This document shows, piece after piece, positions 53,652 through 63,071 of a stretch of DNA of 64,000 bases (positions are counted from its first letter, which is position 1; every line of letters begins with the position of its first letter). The stretch comes from a virus (lineage: Duplodnaviria > Caudoviricetes). Below the pieces are notes generated by a model that saw only the letters and a list, made by a program, of their open reading frames with translations, was not told the DNA's origin and searched no databases. Where the stretch lies: positions 1-64,000 of the IMG/VR virus record IMGVR_UViG_3300010163_001518; one strand, 5' to 3'. A program made the translations under genes and the position numbers.

Positions 53652-54351
53652 CGTCTGCTACCTCCATAAAATGAAATTTTTCGGCTTCCAGGGCCAGCGC
53701 CGCCTTCGCCCGCCAGCCCATATCCTCGGGCGCCCTGCCCGGTGGACGCTTTCCTTCAGAGGCCTCCGCCCCGCCGTAACGCTTGGCCTTCACCACCCCG
53801 GCCTCTCTCTGGGCCGGCACAGCGCACAGGCTCACCTCAAAGGCGTCTTTCCCTCCGTCCAGATCCATGTGGCAGACCTGCCCGTCGTACTCCTGTCCGG
53901 GGAAATGCCTGCACAGCGTCGCCGCCTGGTCTGCGCCGCAGATGGAGCAGAGCACCCGCTCCACTGCGCAGCCCACGCTGCACTCCCTCAGGATCCCGCT
54001 CTCAATGGCTGTGATCGTATCTGCGGTCTGCGCAGTCCGGGGCATGTAGCACCGCAGCACCAGCTGTTTGACCCCCTCCCGCATCTCCACCTCGGCGGCG
54101 TACACCCGGGCGGTCTGCGTCTCTGTGCTCCATTTGTGGTCCCGCAGCACCGGCCGGCCCACAAACGCCTTTGCCAGCTCCTCCAGCGTCCGCTCTGTAA
54201 ACCGCTCATAGTCCCGGTCCACCTGATCGTCGCAGGCTGCAAGCCGGAACAAAAACACCTCGTCCGCCGCCAGCTCCCGCAGCGTCTGCCGGTTGACCAG
54301 CGCAAGCTCTTTGTCGTTGACCGCCGTCTTCTCCAGCCGCGCGGCCTTCAA
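53644..54351 (-). CDS. Prohead protease
   Basis: RDHKW, ECSVG, CSICG, EVSLCAVPAQ motifs. Confidence 0.8.
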   Translation of the reverse strand: MKAARLEKTAVNDKELALVNRQTLRELAADEVFLFRLAACDDQVDRDYERFTERTLEELAKAFVGRPVLRDHKWSTETQTARVYAAEVEMREGVKQLVLRCYMPRTAQTADTITAIESGILRECSVGCAVERVLCSICGADQAATLCRHFPGQEYDGQVCHMDLDGGKDAFEVSLCAVPAQREAGVVKAKRYGGAEASEGKRPPGRAPEDMGWRAKAALALEAEKFHFMEVADDE

Positions 54352-54359
54352 GATCCCGT

Positions 54360-55658
54360 CTATGGCTCATCCCTCCCTCTGAAGTACTCCGCCCGCAGGC
54401 GGCTCAGCTCTGCCCACATCTCAAGGGGCACATAATTCAGATTGGCCCGCCTCTGGTTCCCGCCCGGGACGCCAGGCATGTCCTCCAGCGCCAAAATGTC
54501 GTTGGGGCTGAACGCGCTCAGCTCCGCCATGACCCGGTACCAGGCTCCCCGGCTGGCCGTGTCGCCCTTCAGCTCTGCCAGCAGGTTAATCCGGATCTCC
54601 AGCCCCTTCTTCAGCTCCGAGTCCGTCAGCAGCTTCCACGTCTGCTCCTCCTCATACTGGGTCACCGTGGGGTGCAGCGTGCCCACAACATACTCAATGG
54701 CGTTCTGCTCGTTGGAGCCATAGGCCTGCTTCCCCTCCTGCAGCTTGTACAAAGGCACGCCGAACAGCCGGGCGATATCCCGGACAGATACCTCCTTGTT
54801 CTCCACAAACTGGGCCTCCTGGTTGTTGGCTGCAATGGGCTTATAGTCCAGCCCCAGATCCAGTATGGCGATCCTGTGGCTGTTGCTGGGCCCCGCGTGG
54901 ACCTTCTCCCAGTCGGCACGCAGCCGGTCCTTCAGGGTCACCGGGCTTCCGTCCTTCCGGACGACCGGATCCCCGTCTTGATCCCTCAGCAGTCCGGACA
55001 GGTCAGATTCTGTGCGCAGTACGCCTGCCGGCTGGCCGCCGCTCTGATAGAACGCCAGCTCATACTCCTGGGCGGCCCGCGCCGACGCGATGACCTCGCC
55101 GCCCCGCTGCAGCACTGAAATGCCCAGCAATCCGTCGCGTGTGGCCCCCTTGTAATGGCACATGTCCTGGTTGGGCAGCACCATGGGCTCGCCGGTCACG
55201 GGGTGGCTCACTGTGTACCAGACCCGTCCCGCGAGATCCCGCCAGGGGGTCACCAGCCGCCAGGGCACCGGAATCAGCTCAGTGACCCTGCCGGAGGCGG
55301 GGTCGCGGATGATCCAGTCATACCCGTTTCCGCCCTCCAGCCGGCTGGTCTCCAGCACCTTCTTCCGGACCGATGGGGTCATGGCCTCGTTTGGCCTGAC
55401 GTTGAGGACCTGAAGCAGCGGGTGGTCCGCCAGCCGTTCACGGGTGCGCCCGTCCATGATAAAATTCGGCAGCTTGCTCATGCTGTCGCTCAGGATCTCC
55501 ATACACCGGTCTACCGCGCTCAGTTTCCGGGCCGTCTCCGCCGACGTGCCCGCTCCTGCCGCCGGGTACCCGGCGCTTGTCAGCGTCGCAACGGATACGC
55601 TTTTCACATGGGGGGACGGCCGTCCCACCGCCGCCCGCAATCCCTTGCCCAGGCTCAT
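54360..55658 (-). CDS. Portal protein (HK97 family)
   Basis: LNVRPNEAMT, IARLFGVP, SPNDILALED motifs. Confidence 0.93.
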   Translation of the reverse strand: MSLGKGLRAAVGRPSPHVKSVSVATLTSAGYPAAGAGTSAETARKLSAVDRCMEILSDSMSKLPNFIMDGRTRERLADHPLLQVLNVRPNEAMTPSVRKKVLETSRLEGGNGYDWIIRDPASGRVTELIPVPWRLVTPWRDLAGRVWYTVSHPVTGEPMVLPNQDMCHYKGATRDGLLGISVLQRGGEVIASARAAQEYELAFYQSGGQPAGVLRTESDLSGLLRDQDGDPVVRKDGSPVTLKDRLRADWEKVHAGPSNSHRIAILDLGLDYKPIAANNQEAQFVENKEVSVRDIARLFGVPLYKLQEGKQAYGSNEQNAIEYVVGTLHPTVTQYEEEQTWKLLTDSELKKGLEIRINLLAELKGDTASRGAWYRVMAELSAFSPNDILALEDMPGVPGGNQRRANLNYVPLEMWAELSRLRAEYFRGRDEP

Positions 55659-55834
55659 TTGTCGTCACCGCCGCCCAGGCTGCTCAGCACCGCCCCGGCC
55701 ACGGCCAGTACCCCGCCGGCGATCAGTCCGGCCGGGATGTACACCATCCCGGCGCCCACTGCAATGGCAGCCGCGCCCGCCAGCAGCACCAGGTCGGTGG
55801 CGTACTTGGCCAGCGCCTGTCTCAAACGTTTCAT
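55655..55834 (-). CDS. Small membrane protein between terminase and portal
   Basis: 59 aa, two hydrophobic segments. Confidence 0.7.
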   Translation of the reverse strand: MKRLRQALAKYATDLVLLAGAAAIAVGAGMVYIPAGLIAGGVLAVAGAVLSSLGGGDDK

Positions 55835-55872
55835 ACCATACTCCTTTCTGTGCCCGCCCCGACCGTCGGCCC

Positions 55873-57669
55873 CTACAGGCTGAATTCCCTGCGCTCCAGC
55901 GCAGCGGCCAGATCCGGCTTCTGGGCCCGTTTCACCATGGCCGTGGCCATCGCGATGATCCAGGCAACTGCGATATCAATCCGCCCAGTGCTCCGGTTTT
56001 TCATCGGCTTCATGTTCTCGTTGCCGTCTATGGCACACCGCACGTTGCCAAAACACCACCGGGCTGCCGTATTGTGCTCATGCAGCATTTCATGGCTTCG
56101 GATCAGCCGCTCCAGCTCTTTCATGGCCGGGGACATAGACGGCATGGTCTGCGGGATCTCCGCCACCGCCACGCCCAGGGCCATCAGCCGCTGGGTCAGC
56201 GTCCGGCTGATGTAGGGGTCCACTCCCAGCAGTTCCATCTGATAGGTGCGGTGGGCCTGATACACGGCCTCCACCACCTGGGTAAAATCGATCATGTCGC
56301 CTTCGCACAGCTCCAAAAAGCCCGCCCGGGACCAGTCTTGATATGGAACATGGTCTCGCTCCGCCGCCTTCAGCGCCGTGTCCTTGGGGCGCCAGGCCTG
56401 GAACAGTGTTACCCATGTATCCAGGCCCGGCTGCGGCGGGAACAGCAGCACAAAGGCGGTCAGATCCGTGGTGGTGGACAGGTCCAGCCCGCCGTAGCAC
56501 ACCTTTCCGCGCAAAAGCGTCCGGGTCGCCGCTCTTCGGGCCGGCCCCCGCAGCGGCTCAAGCACCGGCGGGTTCCACTGCGTCTTGTCGTACAGCGTCA
56601 GGGGGATCCACCCCACCGCTTTGACGGCGATCCACTGGTTCAGCCGCAGCCAGCGGAACAATCGCTCTGCCGCCTCGCTCTTCCTGGCGACCTGGGCCTC
56701 CAGCCGCAGCGTCCGCAGCGTCAGGTGCCTGCCCAGGGACGGGTTCAGCTGATACCACAGCGCCTCGTCCCAGATATCCACCGCCGCCAGGTCGTCCGGA
56801 TCGTCGCCGAACTGGGCGGTCAGGCCGTACAGAATCGGCAGCCAGGTGGAAATATCCCGGTTCAGCAGCTCCTGCTGCGCCTGTTCCAGCTCGTCGTCCG
56901 CCTTCTTCCGCAGGGACAGCACCTGTCTGGGGTCGCCCCCCTCCGCCAGGATGCGCCGCAGCTGCCGGGCGTCCCGGATCTCCACCGCCTGCTTGTGGAT
57001 CTCCCAGCCAATGCTCTTTCGGTCCGGGTCGTCGCCCGCTGTGGTCAGCACGATCCATACCGGCTGGTCGTGCGCCGATCCGGCCGCGCCTGTCATAACG
57101 TCCCACATCTCCCGGTTGGGCTGCGCGTGCAGCTCGTCAAAGATCACGCAGGATGGCTTATAGCCGTGTTTGGAAAAGGACTCCGAGGACATCACCGCCA
57201 TCACGCCCACGGTCAGCCACCGCACCGTTCCGTTCTCCGCCCGGATCTGCTGGCGGTACTCAATCCGTTTTTGGGACCGGATGATCTTCAATTCCCCCCG
57301 GGCCACCATCTTTGCCGTCCATGGGGCCGATTCCAGCATGAATACAGCGGCCCGGAATACGATGCCGGCGTTCTCCTTGTCCGCCGCGCACACATAGACC
57401 TCAGCGTTCAATTCTCCGTCCCCAAACAGGTGGTACAGGGCCAGCGCGGCGGCCAGCTCGCTCTTCCCGTTCTTTTTGGGGATCTCCAGATAGAGATACT
57501 GATACTGTCTCAGCAGCCGTCCTGTCTCGTCATCCAGCTCCATGGTGGAGTAGAATTCCATCAGGGCGTCCCGCTGCCAGTCATACAGGCAGAAGGGTCT
57601 TCCTGTACCGGTGGTAGGCAGCCGCTCAACAAAGCTGCATACAAACCGCCCATCTTCCTGACAGTACAC
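55873..57669 (-). CDS. Terminase large subunit
   Basis: EIPKKNGKSE, VIFDELH, GLDLSTTTD, RIDIAVA motifs. Confidence 0.95.
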   Translation of the reverse strand: MYCQEDGRFVCSFVERLPTTGTGRPFCLYDWQRDALMEFYSTMELDDETGRLLRQYQYLYLEIPKKNGKSELAAALALYHLFGDGELNAEVYVCAADKENAGIVFRAAVFMLESAPWTAKMVARGELKIIRSQKRIEYRQQIRAENGTVRWLTVGVMAVMSSESFSKHGYKPSCVIFDELHAQPNREMWDVMTGAAGSAHDQPVWIVLTTAGDDPDRKSIGWEIHKQAVEIRDARQLRRILAEGGDPRQVLSLRKKADDELEQAQQELLNRDISTWLPILYGLTAQFGDDPDDLAAVDIWDEALWYQLNPSLGRHLTLRTLRLEAQVARKSEAAERLFRWLRLNQWIAVKAVGWIPLTLYDKTQWNPPVLEPLRGPARRAATRTLLRGKVCYGGLDLSTTTDLTAFVLLFPPQPGLDTWVTLFQAWRPKDTALKAAERDHVPYQDWSRAGFLELCEGDMIDFTQVVEAVYQAHRTYQMELLGVDPYISRTLTQRLMALGVAVAEIPQTMPSMSPAMKELERLIRSHEMLHEHNTAARWCFGNVRCAIDGNENMKPMKNRSTGRIDIAVAWIIAMATAMVKRAQKPDLAAALERREFSL

Positions 57670-57672
57670 CGC

Positions 57673-58179
57673 TTATCCCCCCATCGCTCTGGCCTGTCTC
57701 GCCCGGAGCGCTCTGGTAAATTCGTCGGTCTCGTCTGTCTCCGCCGCGGCTTCGACCACCGCCGGCGGGATCACCAGCCGGCACCGCGACGATACCGACA
57801 GTCCCATCACCTCAGCGCACTGTCTGCACTGCCGGAAATAAGCCGCCTGAATCCCCGTCCACTCCTTCGCCAGTTTCTCATCCTTGTCCCGAATGGCCGC
57901 CGACGCCAGCTTGTCTGCGCGCATCCAGCGCTCCCGGGAGACCAGGAACTGGGCCAGCACGTCCCGGTCCAGCTCGGCATACAATCCCGACAGCCGCAGG
58001 ATCTCGCCGATCTCCCGAAATTCCACCCAAAACTTCTTGGCCAGCCATTTGGGCGGCTCTGCCTGGTCGGGGGGAGAGATATGGACCTCCCGGTCGCGCC
58101 GCTCGTCTTCCTCCGCCCGGGTCAGGTGCTTCCGGCCTTTCGCCGCCACCAGCTCTGTGGGCTGCCGCGCCCCCGCCAT
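57673..58179 (-). CDS. Terminase small subunit (P27 family)
   Basis: PPKWL, MGLSVSSRCRL motifs. Confidence 0.88.
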   Translation of the reverse strand: MAGARQPTELVAAKGRKHLTRAEEDERRDREVHISPPDQAEPPKWLAKKFWVEFREIGEILRLSGLYAELDRDVLAQFLVSRERWMRADKLASAAIRDKDEKLAKEWTGIQAAYFRQCRQCAEVMGLSVSSRCRLVIPPAVVEAAAETDETDEFTRALRARQARAMGG

Positions 58180-58378
58180 TTTCCTCACCTCCGCCCCACG
58201 TTCCCCGTGGGGAAATTTTTTCTCGCCTATGAGGCCTTGCGGTCTTGCCTCACTCTGATCAAACTCTCACACCCCGGGGGGCGGTCAGTACGCCGTAGGC
58301 GTCCTGCATGTGCGCCCAGGCATGATGCCAGCCCGCACCTGCGCCCAAGCGTTCGGCAGGAATCCCACGCTGTCTCAA

Positions 58379-58750
58379 TCACAAACGACCCGTTTTTCGT
58401 CGTCTTTGCGCCAGCGACTGCACCGTCTTGCGGTTGTGGCACGACTCGCATAAGCTCTGCAGGTTTTCTCGATCCGTAAAACGGGACCAGTCCCCCTCGT
58501 GATCCACGATATGGTCAACCACCGTAGCCCTGGTACGCACGCCACGTTCGGCGCACGCCCTGCAAAACGGTTCCTTGAGCAGCTGCGTCGGGCGCAAATC
58601 CTTGAGCCACACCGGCGTCAAATACATCCAGTGCCATTCTGCTGATTGTTTCTTTTGCGGCCGCAGCGGCCTGTGCTCCGGGCAGTATCCCTCTTTGGTC
58701 AAACGGCCGCACCCCGGATGTCTACATGGTCTTAGCGGCTTATCTGCCAC
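58379..58750 (-). CDS. HNH endonuclease (packaging-associated)
   Basis: ATVVDHIVDH, NLQSLCESCHNRKT. Confidence 0.92.
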   Translation of the reverse strand: MADKPLRPCRHPGCGRLTKEGYCPEHRPLRPQKKQSAEWHWMYLTPVWLKDLRPTQLLKEPFCRACAERGVRTRATVVDHIVDHEGDWSRFTDRENLQSLCESCHNRKTVQSLAQRRRKTGRL

Positions 58751-58781
58751 AGGCTATCACCTCCGGGCAAAATAAAAACAA

Positions 58782-58827
58782 CGCCTGAGCCATGATACCC
58801 CCTCTCGGGGATTCATCGGCTCAGGCG
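58782..58827. other. Long stem-loop between Zn-ribbon gene and HNH
   Basis: CGCCTGAGCC...GGCTCAGGCG outer stem with inner ATGA/TCAT and CCCC/GGGG. Confidence 0.65.
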
Positions 58828-59024
58828 CTGGTCTCTTTGGACGCTGGCTCAGGCGCATCGATATTCACGATCGTTTCTTGCCCGCACCGTTTGCACTTTC
58901 TGGGCAAGTTTCGCGCACTGGATGTCGGCAAAACTTTCAGCAGTTTGCCTTTCCCGCACACAGGACAGATTACCCATCCGCCCTCTACAGTTAGTATTTT
59001 ACCACGTTCTGTCGAGCAGTTCAA
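58821..59024 (-). CDS. Small Zn-ribbon protein (cysteine-rich KTR/Com-like)
   Basis: CPVC and CKRC pairs. Confidence 0.75.
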   Translation of the reverse strand: MNCSTERGKILTVEGGWVICPVCGKGKLLKVLPTSSARNLPRKCKRCGQETIVNIDAPEPASKETSA

Positions 59025-59117
59025 TACTTTCTCCTCCGATTCTCTAAAACGTGTCTAATTTTCCACTAAGTTTCAAGATTGACGCGCGCGCGTGCGCGCG
59101 CCCAGGCGCGCGACATA

Positions 59118-59882
59118 TTAAAAAAGAAAACTGTCAGGCTTCTTTTTGATATAGCTTCCATAATTATACGCACCGAAATCATTCACACAGCAGCCCTTCC
59201 TGGACCACATCACACCATCCGGGATCTCAACACGTCCGCTTCCCTCTCGCCACCGCTCCAGCGGAGGCATCTGCCCGGTTAAGCTTCTGGAACAGCTCCA
59301 TGGGTGCCGGCCGATAGGGATCACATACCCATCCGTACGTTCTTTGTTGAAATACTCCGCCAAACGCCGGTATCCACCTGCAGACAGCAGTACCGGCTCA
59401 TCCCACGCTGCTCCACCAGTCCAAAGGCACCGCACAGCTGCTGGCGGAACCTGGCTGTCACGGAACACAGAGTGAATGTGGTATCGGTGATCTCCGTGTA
59501 ACCCTTCGATACAATAAATCCAGTCAAACGGCTCCGCCCTATTCCACCGGCGTACCCGGGCCATGAATGCCCGGAGCGCACCCCGGACCCCGGCAAAATC
59601 CCGGGGCAAATGCTCCTCGTCAAACGTCAGCGTATGATGCGAGCCCTCGTAGCCAAACAGAGCAAGACGCAGCTCTAGCCGGTCTGCCTGCGTCCGGCAC
59701 ACGGCCGAATGAGGTGACTTGATAATCTCGTTCTTCCGTCTGCGGTCTTCATCTGAATCGTCCTTCAACAGGCGCGGACGCAGGGACCGGCACTCTTTGA
59801 CCAGCGGCCCGGCACGTTGGCGCACACAATACCATTGCGCTTCCGTCATAGAGACCCCCAATGCCCTTTCAGGAGGGCACAA
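59118..59882 (-). CDS. HUH rolling-circle replication initiator-like protein
   Basis: HHTLTF (motif I), YHIH (II), YFNKE (III). Confidence 0.8.
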   Translation of the reverse strand: MCPPERALGVSMTEAQWYCVRQRAGPLVKECRSLRPRLLKDDSDEDRRRKNEIIKSPHSAVCRTQADRLELRLALFGYEGSHHTLTFDEEHLPRDFAGVRGALRAFMARVRRWNRAEPFDWIYCIEGLHGDHRYHIHSVFRDSQVPPAAVRCLWTGGAAWDEPVLLSAGGYRRLAEYFNKERTDGYVIPIGRHPWSCSRSLTGQMPPLERWREGSGRVEIPDGVMWSRKGCCVNDFGAYNYGSYIKKKPDSFLF

Positions 59883-60081
59883 GCTGTACGCGGAGCACTG
59901 CGCCAGCCTCGATTTCAGGGATCGCCGCCTGGATAAGTTCCCTTACCTGCGGCTGTGTCTCCACAAGAAATCCCATCAGATTATGCGGCATTTCACCGCT
60001 GCATACGCTGGCATAGATCACCGCCTCATTTCTCTGGATCCCGCTCGCCATCAACAGCTTAATCATACGCTTACGCTTCAT
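59869..60081 (-). CDS. Hypothetical protein
   Basis: MKRKRMIKLLMASG...; ATGA coupling. Confidence 0.6.
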   Translation of the reverse strand: MKRKRMIKLLMASGIQRNEAVIYASVCSGEMPHNLMGFLVETQPQVRELIQAAIPEIEAGAVLRVQLVPS

Positions 60082-60254
60082 CGACCTCTCCCCCCTTCCT
60101 GTGTCCGAATCGGACACATCTTTATTCCCGGATGTTCCAGCTGCATCAGCCGATACAGCGCCCGGTATACTTTTGGGGGAAGAACAGAAAGATCCACCCC
60201 CTCTATCCCCCATGTTCCATTTGCGCCGACCTGTGTATACTTATTGCTTTCCAT
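60078..60254 (-). CDS. Hypothetical protein
   Basis: MESNKYTQ...GIEGVDLSVLPPKVYRALYRLMQLEHP; GGAGG RBS. Confidence 0.6.
   Translation of the reverse strand: MESNKYTQVGANGTWGIEGVDLSVLPPKVYRALYRLMQLEHPGIKMCPIRTQEGGRGR
60101..60117. repeat. 17-bp palindrome copy 3, GTGTCCGAATCGGACAC
   Basis: Arms extend to 9 bp. Confidence 0.9.
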
Positions 60255-60411
60255 ATGTTCCTCCCCTCAGGAATTCCATTTGCTCCGGGACGATCTCCTT
60301 CACCTCGGTTACCATGGCGTCCCCGAACCGTTCCAGATACATCGCCAGGTCCTCCTTGATCCCGATGGCATGTCCCACCGGCGCATCCACCTGCACCGTG
60401 ACCCTCAGCAT
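60241..60411 (-). CDS. Small hypothetical protein, homologue of 25342-25530
   Basis: MLRVTVQVDAPVGHAIGIKEDLAMYLERFGD... Confidence 0.75.
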   Translation of the reverse strand: MLRVTVQVDAPVGHAIGIKEDLAMYLERFGDAMVTEVKEIVPEQMEFLRGGTYGKQ

Positions 60412-60689
60412 GTCCCCTCCATGATCTGCCGGTACCGCTGTTCCAGCTTCCCGTCTGCATAGTCTGCATCCGCCTCGTCCAGCAACGCGCCGTATTCCTC
60501 AATGGCCTGCTCCATCGCGTCCCGGAACTCAGTAATCCGCTTCGGGCCAAAGCCGAATGTCTCATTCAGAGCGACTGCGGACGCCTGATATACCGTGGTA
60601 AGACACCGGTGTACGATCTCCGCCCGCTCCGCCTGGCTCAGCCTGGCCTTCTGCGCCATCAGCCGGCTCGCATATGTATTCCTGCTCAT
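60405..60689 (-). CDS. Hypothetical protein
   Basis: ALNETFGFGPKRI motif. Confidence 0.65.
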   Translation of the reverse strand: MSRNTYASRLMAQKARLSQAERAEIVHRCLTTVYQASAVALNETFGFGPKRITEFRDAMEQAIEEYGALLDEADADYADGKLEQRYRQIMEGTC

Positions 60690-60741
60690 TGGGCTGCTCC
60701 TCCATCATGGAGCGCTAAGAAGTCCTCTATCGTGTACTTCT

Positions 60742-62046
60742 TCATTCCTTTTCTTCCCCTTCCCCGGGTGAGTCCGTCCGGCAAAACAGATAGTCCAGTG
60801 AGCACCCTAACAAATCTGCGATCCGTACCAGACGCAGGGCTGTACCCAGCATGAAGCCGTATCCATAGGGCAGCGGGGTATCTGTTGTAAACTTCGCCTC
60901 CAGGTGTTCCATATTGGCGACTTTCTCGTCATCGGTACAGGCCCAGTAGATATCCATGGCCTCATAGCATTCCTTAACAGTCTTGTCCGCCGCATTCCGC
61001 GCTTCTCCAAACCGCTGCCAAAACTTCTGAATCTGATTGATAACCGGGCGCTCTTTCTCTTCCTGGGCCAGTCTTTCCTGCTGGCGCTGGGCTTTGGCAT
61101 CAAGGCGGAGCTGTTTTACCTTCTCAGCCAGCATAGGGCAGGCGTGCTTACACTTGGCCAGTTCTTCACATTTGTCGCAGCATTTATCGCAGTAATCCGC
61201 ACGATAATTGAGATTCCGATATGCAGCTTGCTCGCGTTTGGCAGCGATATTAGCGCATGGGAGCCCTTTTTGATCCCCTATCTTACAAACCAATCGGTCA
61301 ATAGCTGCAAACGATTTCCCCAGGCGACAGGCTTCACCTTCATAAAACCAGTTGGTCCGCGCGCCTGCGGACTTGCGCGCCTGAAAAATGCTCCTTTGGT
61401 GTTCTGCCGGCATCTTGGCCAGCGTATAGGCGGTGGACTCAGCCAACTCGCCTTTTTCATAGCTCTTTTTCCAGATATTATCCAGGTTGTCCCGAATCAC
61501 TTTCAGGCGAGCCAGCTTGGTCTTGCTCACCTTGCAGGCCTCTGCCACGTGGTCCCGCATCCGTCCCGGGAAATCATACCCTTCCTCTTTCAGTTCATAG
61601 AGCAGAGCCTCCACCCGTTCTACCTGCTTGGAAGTCTCCGCTGAAGTCATTCGACGGGTATCACTGTTGGCGTAAATCAGGCGCAGCTCCTGCAAAGCGG
61701 CGGAGCTTTCTCCCCGTTCCCAAATACAGGGGACTTCCCTTAGGTCCGTTCTTCCGCACTCCACCAGCTTTCGGATTGCCGCACACCGCCGGTGCCCCGA
61801 TACGATGATGGCACGGCAAGAATCTTCTGGATCGGCCCTAATACAAATGGGCTGTTGCAGGCCAATCAGTTCAATGTTTTCCGCCAGTGCATCGATACCG
61901 CTGAGCTCATAAAAGTTATTTGGGTCGTCAACAAGGCGGTCAATATCAATATACTCGATCTGCCGCCGGCCATGGAGGCCGCCGGTGTCCAATTTGGACA
62001 CTTTCCCCTCTGCAATCAGTTCTCCCAAATTAAATTTACCGGCCAT
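60742..62046 (-). CDS. parB: ParB/Spo0J family protein
   Basis: IGLQQPI, VSGHRR motifs; follows ParA. Confidence 0.88.
   Translation of the reverse strand: MAGKFNLGELIAEGKVSKLDTGGLHGRRQIEYIDIDRLVDDPNNFYELSGIDALAENIELIGLQQPICIRADPEDSCRAIIVSGHRRCAAIRKLVECGRTDLREVPCIWERGESSAALQELRLIYANSDTRRMTSAETSKQVERVEALLYELKEEGYDFPGRMRDHVAEACKVSKTKLARLKVIRDNLDNIWKKSYEKGELAESTAYTLAKMPAEHQRSIFQARKSAGARTNWFYEGEACRLGKSFAAIDRLVCKIGDQKGLPCANIAAKREQAAYRNLNYRADYCDKCCDKCEELAKCKHACPMLAEKVKQLRLDAKAQRQQERLAQEEKERPVINQIQKFWQRFGEARNAADKTVKECYEAMDIYWACTDDEKVANMEHLEAKFTTDTPLPYGYGFMLGTALRLVRIADLLGCSLDYLFCRTDSPGEGEEKE
61985..62001. repeat. 17-bp palindrome copy 4, GTGTCCAATTTGGACAC, inside parB
   Basis: Perfect 8-bp arms with a compensatory change versus other copies. 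Confidence 0.88.
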
Positions 62047-62818
62047 CCAGCATCTCCTCCTTTTCCATCAGTTCCCGAACCCATGCCCGGAAATCCCTGG
62101 CAGCGGAACTGAACGGGCTCCACGACTGGACCGGCTCCTTTGCCCAGGTGGACTCGATCACCTTGTCTGTGCGGCGGATCATAGTCTGATAGACCGGAAC
62201 AAGGGGATCATCCCGCATGTAATTGGCGGCGTCGATCACCACATCGGCATTGTGCCACTGGTTGATCAGCACGCCGCCGACCTGGACAGCCGGGTTAAAT
62301 TCCTTCACGCTGTCAATCTGGCGCATCAGGTTTGCCATGCCCTCTGCCGAAAACGCATCAGCCAAGACGGGGATCACAATGCTGTCTGCGGCGTTGATGG
62401 CGGCGATGCAGGCCGTGGAGAAGTTCGGCGGGCAGTCTATGATCATCACGTCATAGGCGTCATCCATCTCCAGGGCCGACCGAAGGTCTTTCAGACTCCG
62501 GAAAGACCGGTGGCCGTCCGAGGTAATCAGGGCAAGATCTATCGCCCAAAGGCTGTCGCTGGCGGGAAGGACGTCCAGGCCTGTGACCGTCGTGTGCTCG
62601 ATTACTTCCGCATAGCAGCATGCTGTGCCGGACAGCAGTGCCCCCAGGCCGTCGTACTCTCTCCGGGGGAGCAGCAGCTGTGTGGCGTTCGCCTGGGCGT
62701 CGGCATCCACAAGCAGTACCCGCTTCCCGTGTTCTACCGCCAGGTTGTACGCCAGATTGATGGCCGTGGTGGTCTTGCCAACACCGCCCTTCATGTTGAA
62801 AATCGGGAATGTCCTCAT
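62036..62818 (-). CDS. parA: ParA/Soj family ATPase
   Basis: NMKGGVGKTTT, LLVDADAQAN, IIDCPP motifs. Confidence 0.93.
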   Translation of the reverse strand: MRTFPIFNMKGGVGKTTTAINLAYNLAVEHGKRVLLVDADAQANATQLLLPRREYDGLGALLSGTACCYAEVIEHTTVTGLDVLPASDSLWAIDLALITSDGHRSFRSLKDLRSALEMDDAYDVMIIDCPPNFSTACIAAINAADSIVIPVLADAFSAEGMANLMRQIDSVKEFNPAVQVGGVLINQWHNADVVIDAANYMRDDPLVPVYQTMIRRTDKVIESTWAKEPVQSWSPFSSAARDFRAWVRELMEKEEMLDGR

Positions 62819-62835
62819 TGTCAAATCCTCCTGCT

Positions 62836-63057
62836 TCAAAATTTGAACCCCTCGTGCAGCACATAGCCATTAAGCTCGTATCGCACGTTATACCACCGGT
62901 GCCTCCGGTTGATGTAATCAATTCGCCCTGTAACGGTGCGGGGGGGCTCACTCCTGCCCCGCGCCTGTTCCGGTTTTTTCTTACTGCTCCCGGCTTGCTC
63001 CCCCGTGAACGCCGCGGGGGCAAAGCGGACGAGCTGCCCATAACAGATACCAGCCAT
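62836..63057 (-). CDS. Hypothetical protein
   Basis: 73 aa; RBS AGAAGGGGG. Confidence 0.6.
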   Translation of the reverse strand: MAGICYGQLVRFAPAAFTGEQAGSSKKKPEQARGRSEPPRTVTGRIDYINRRHRWYNVRYELNGYVLHEGFKF

Positions 63058-63071
63058 TGTCTCACCCCCTT

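Noticed and set aside
58190-58378. Exact cos site between HNH and terminase small subunit
   Set aside because: The location fits and G/C and A/T runs are present, but the cut site cannot be placed without virion end data.
55444-58479. 1011-aa plus-strand ORF
   Set aside because: Antisense to terminase and portal genes; no motifs.
60686-60745. 19-codon ORF MKKYTIEDFLALHDGGAAQ after parB
   Set aside because: Probably a deletion remnant that keeps coupling; too short to support a call.
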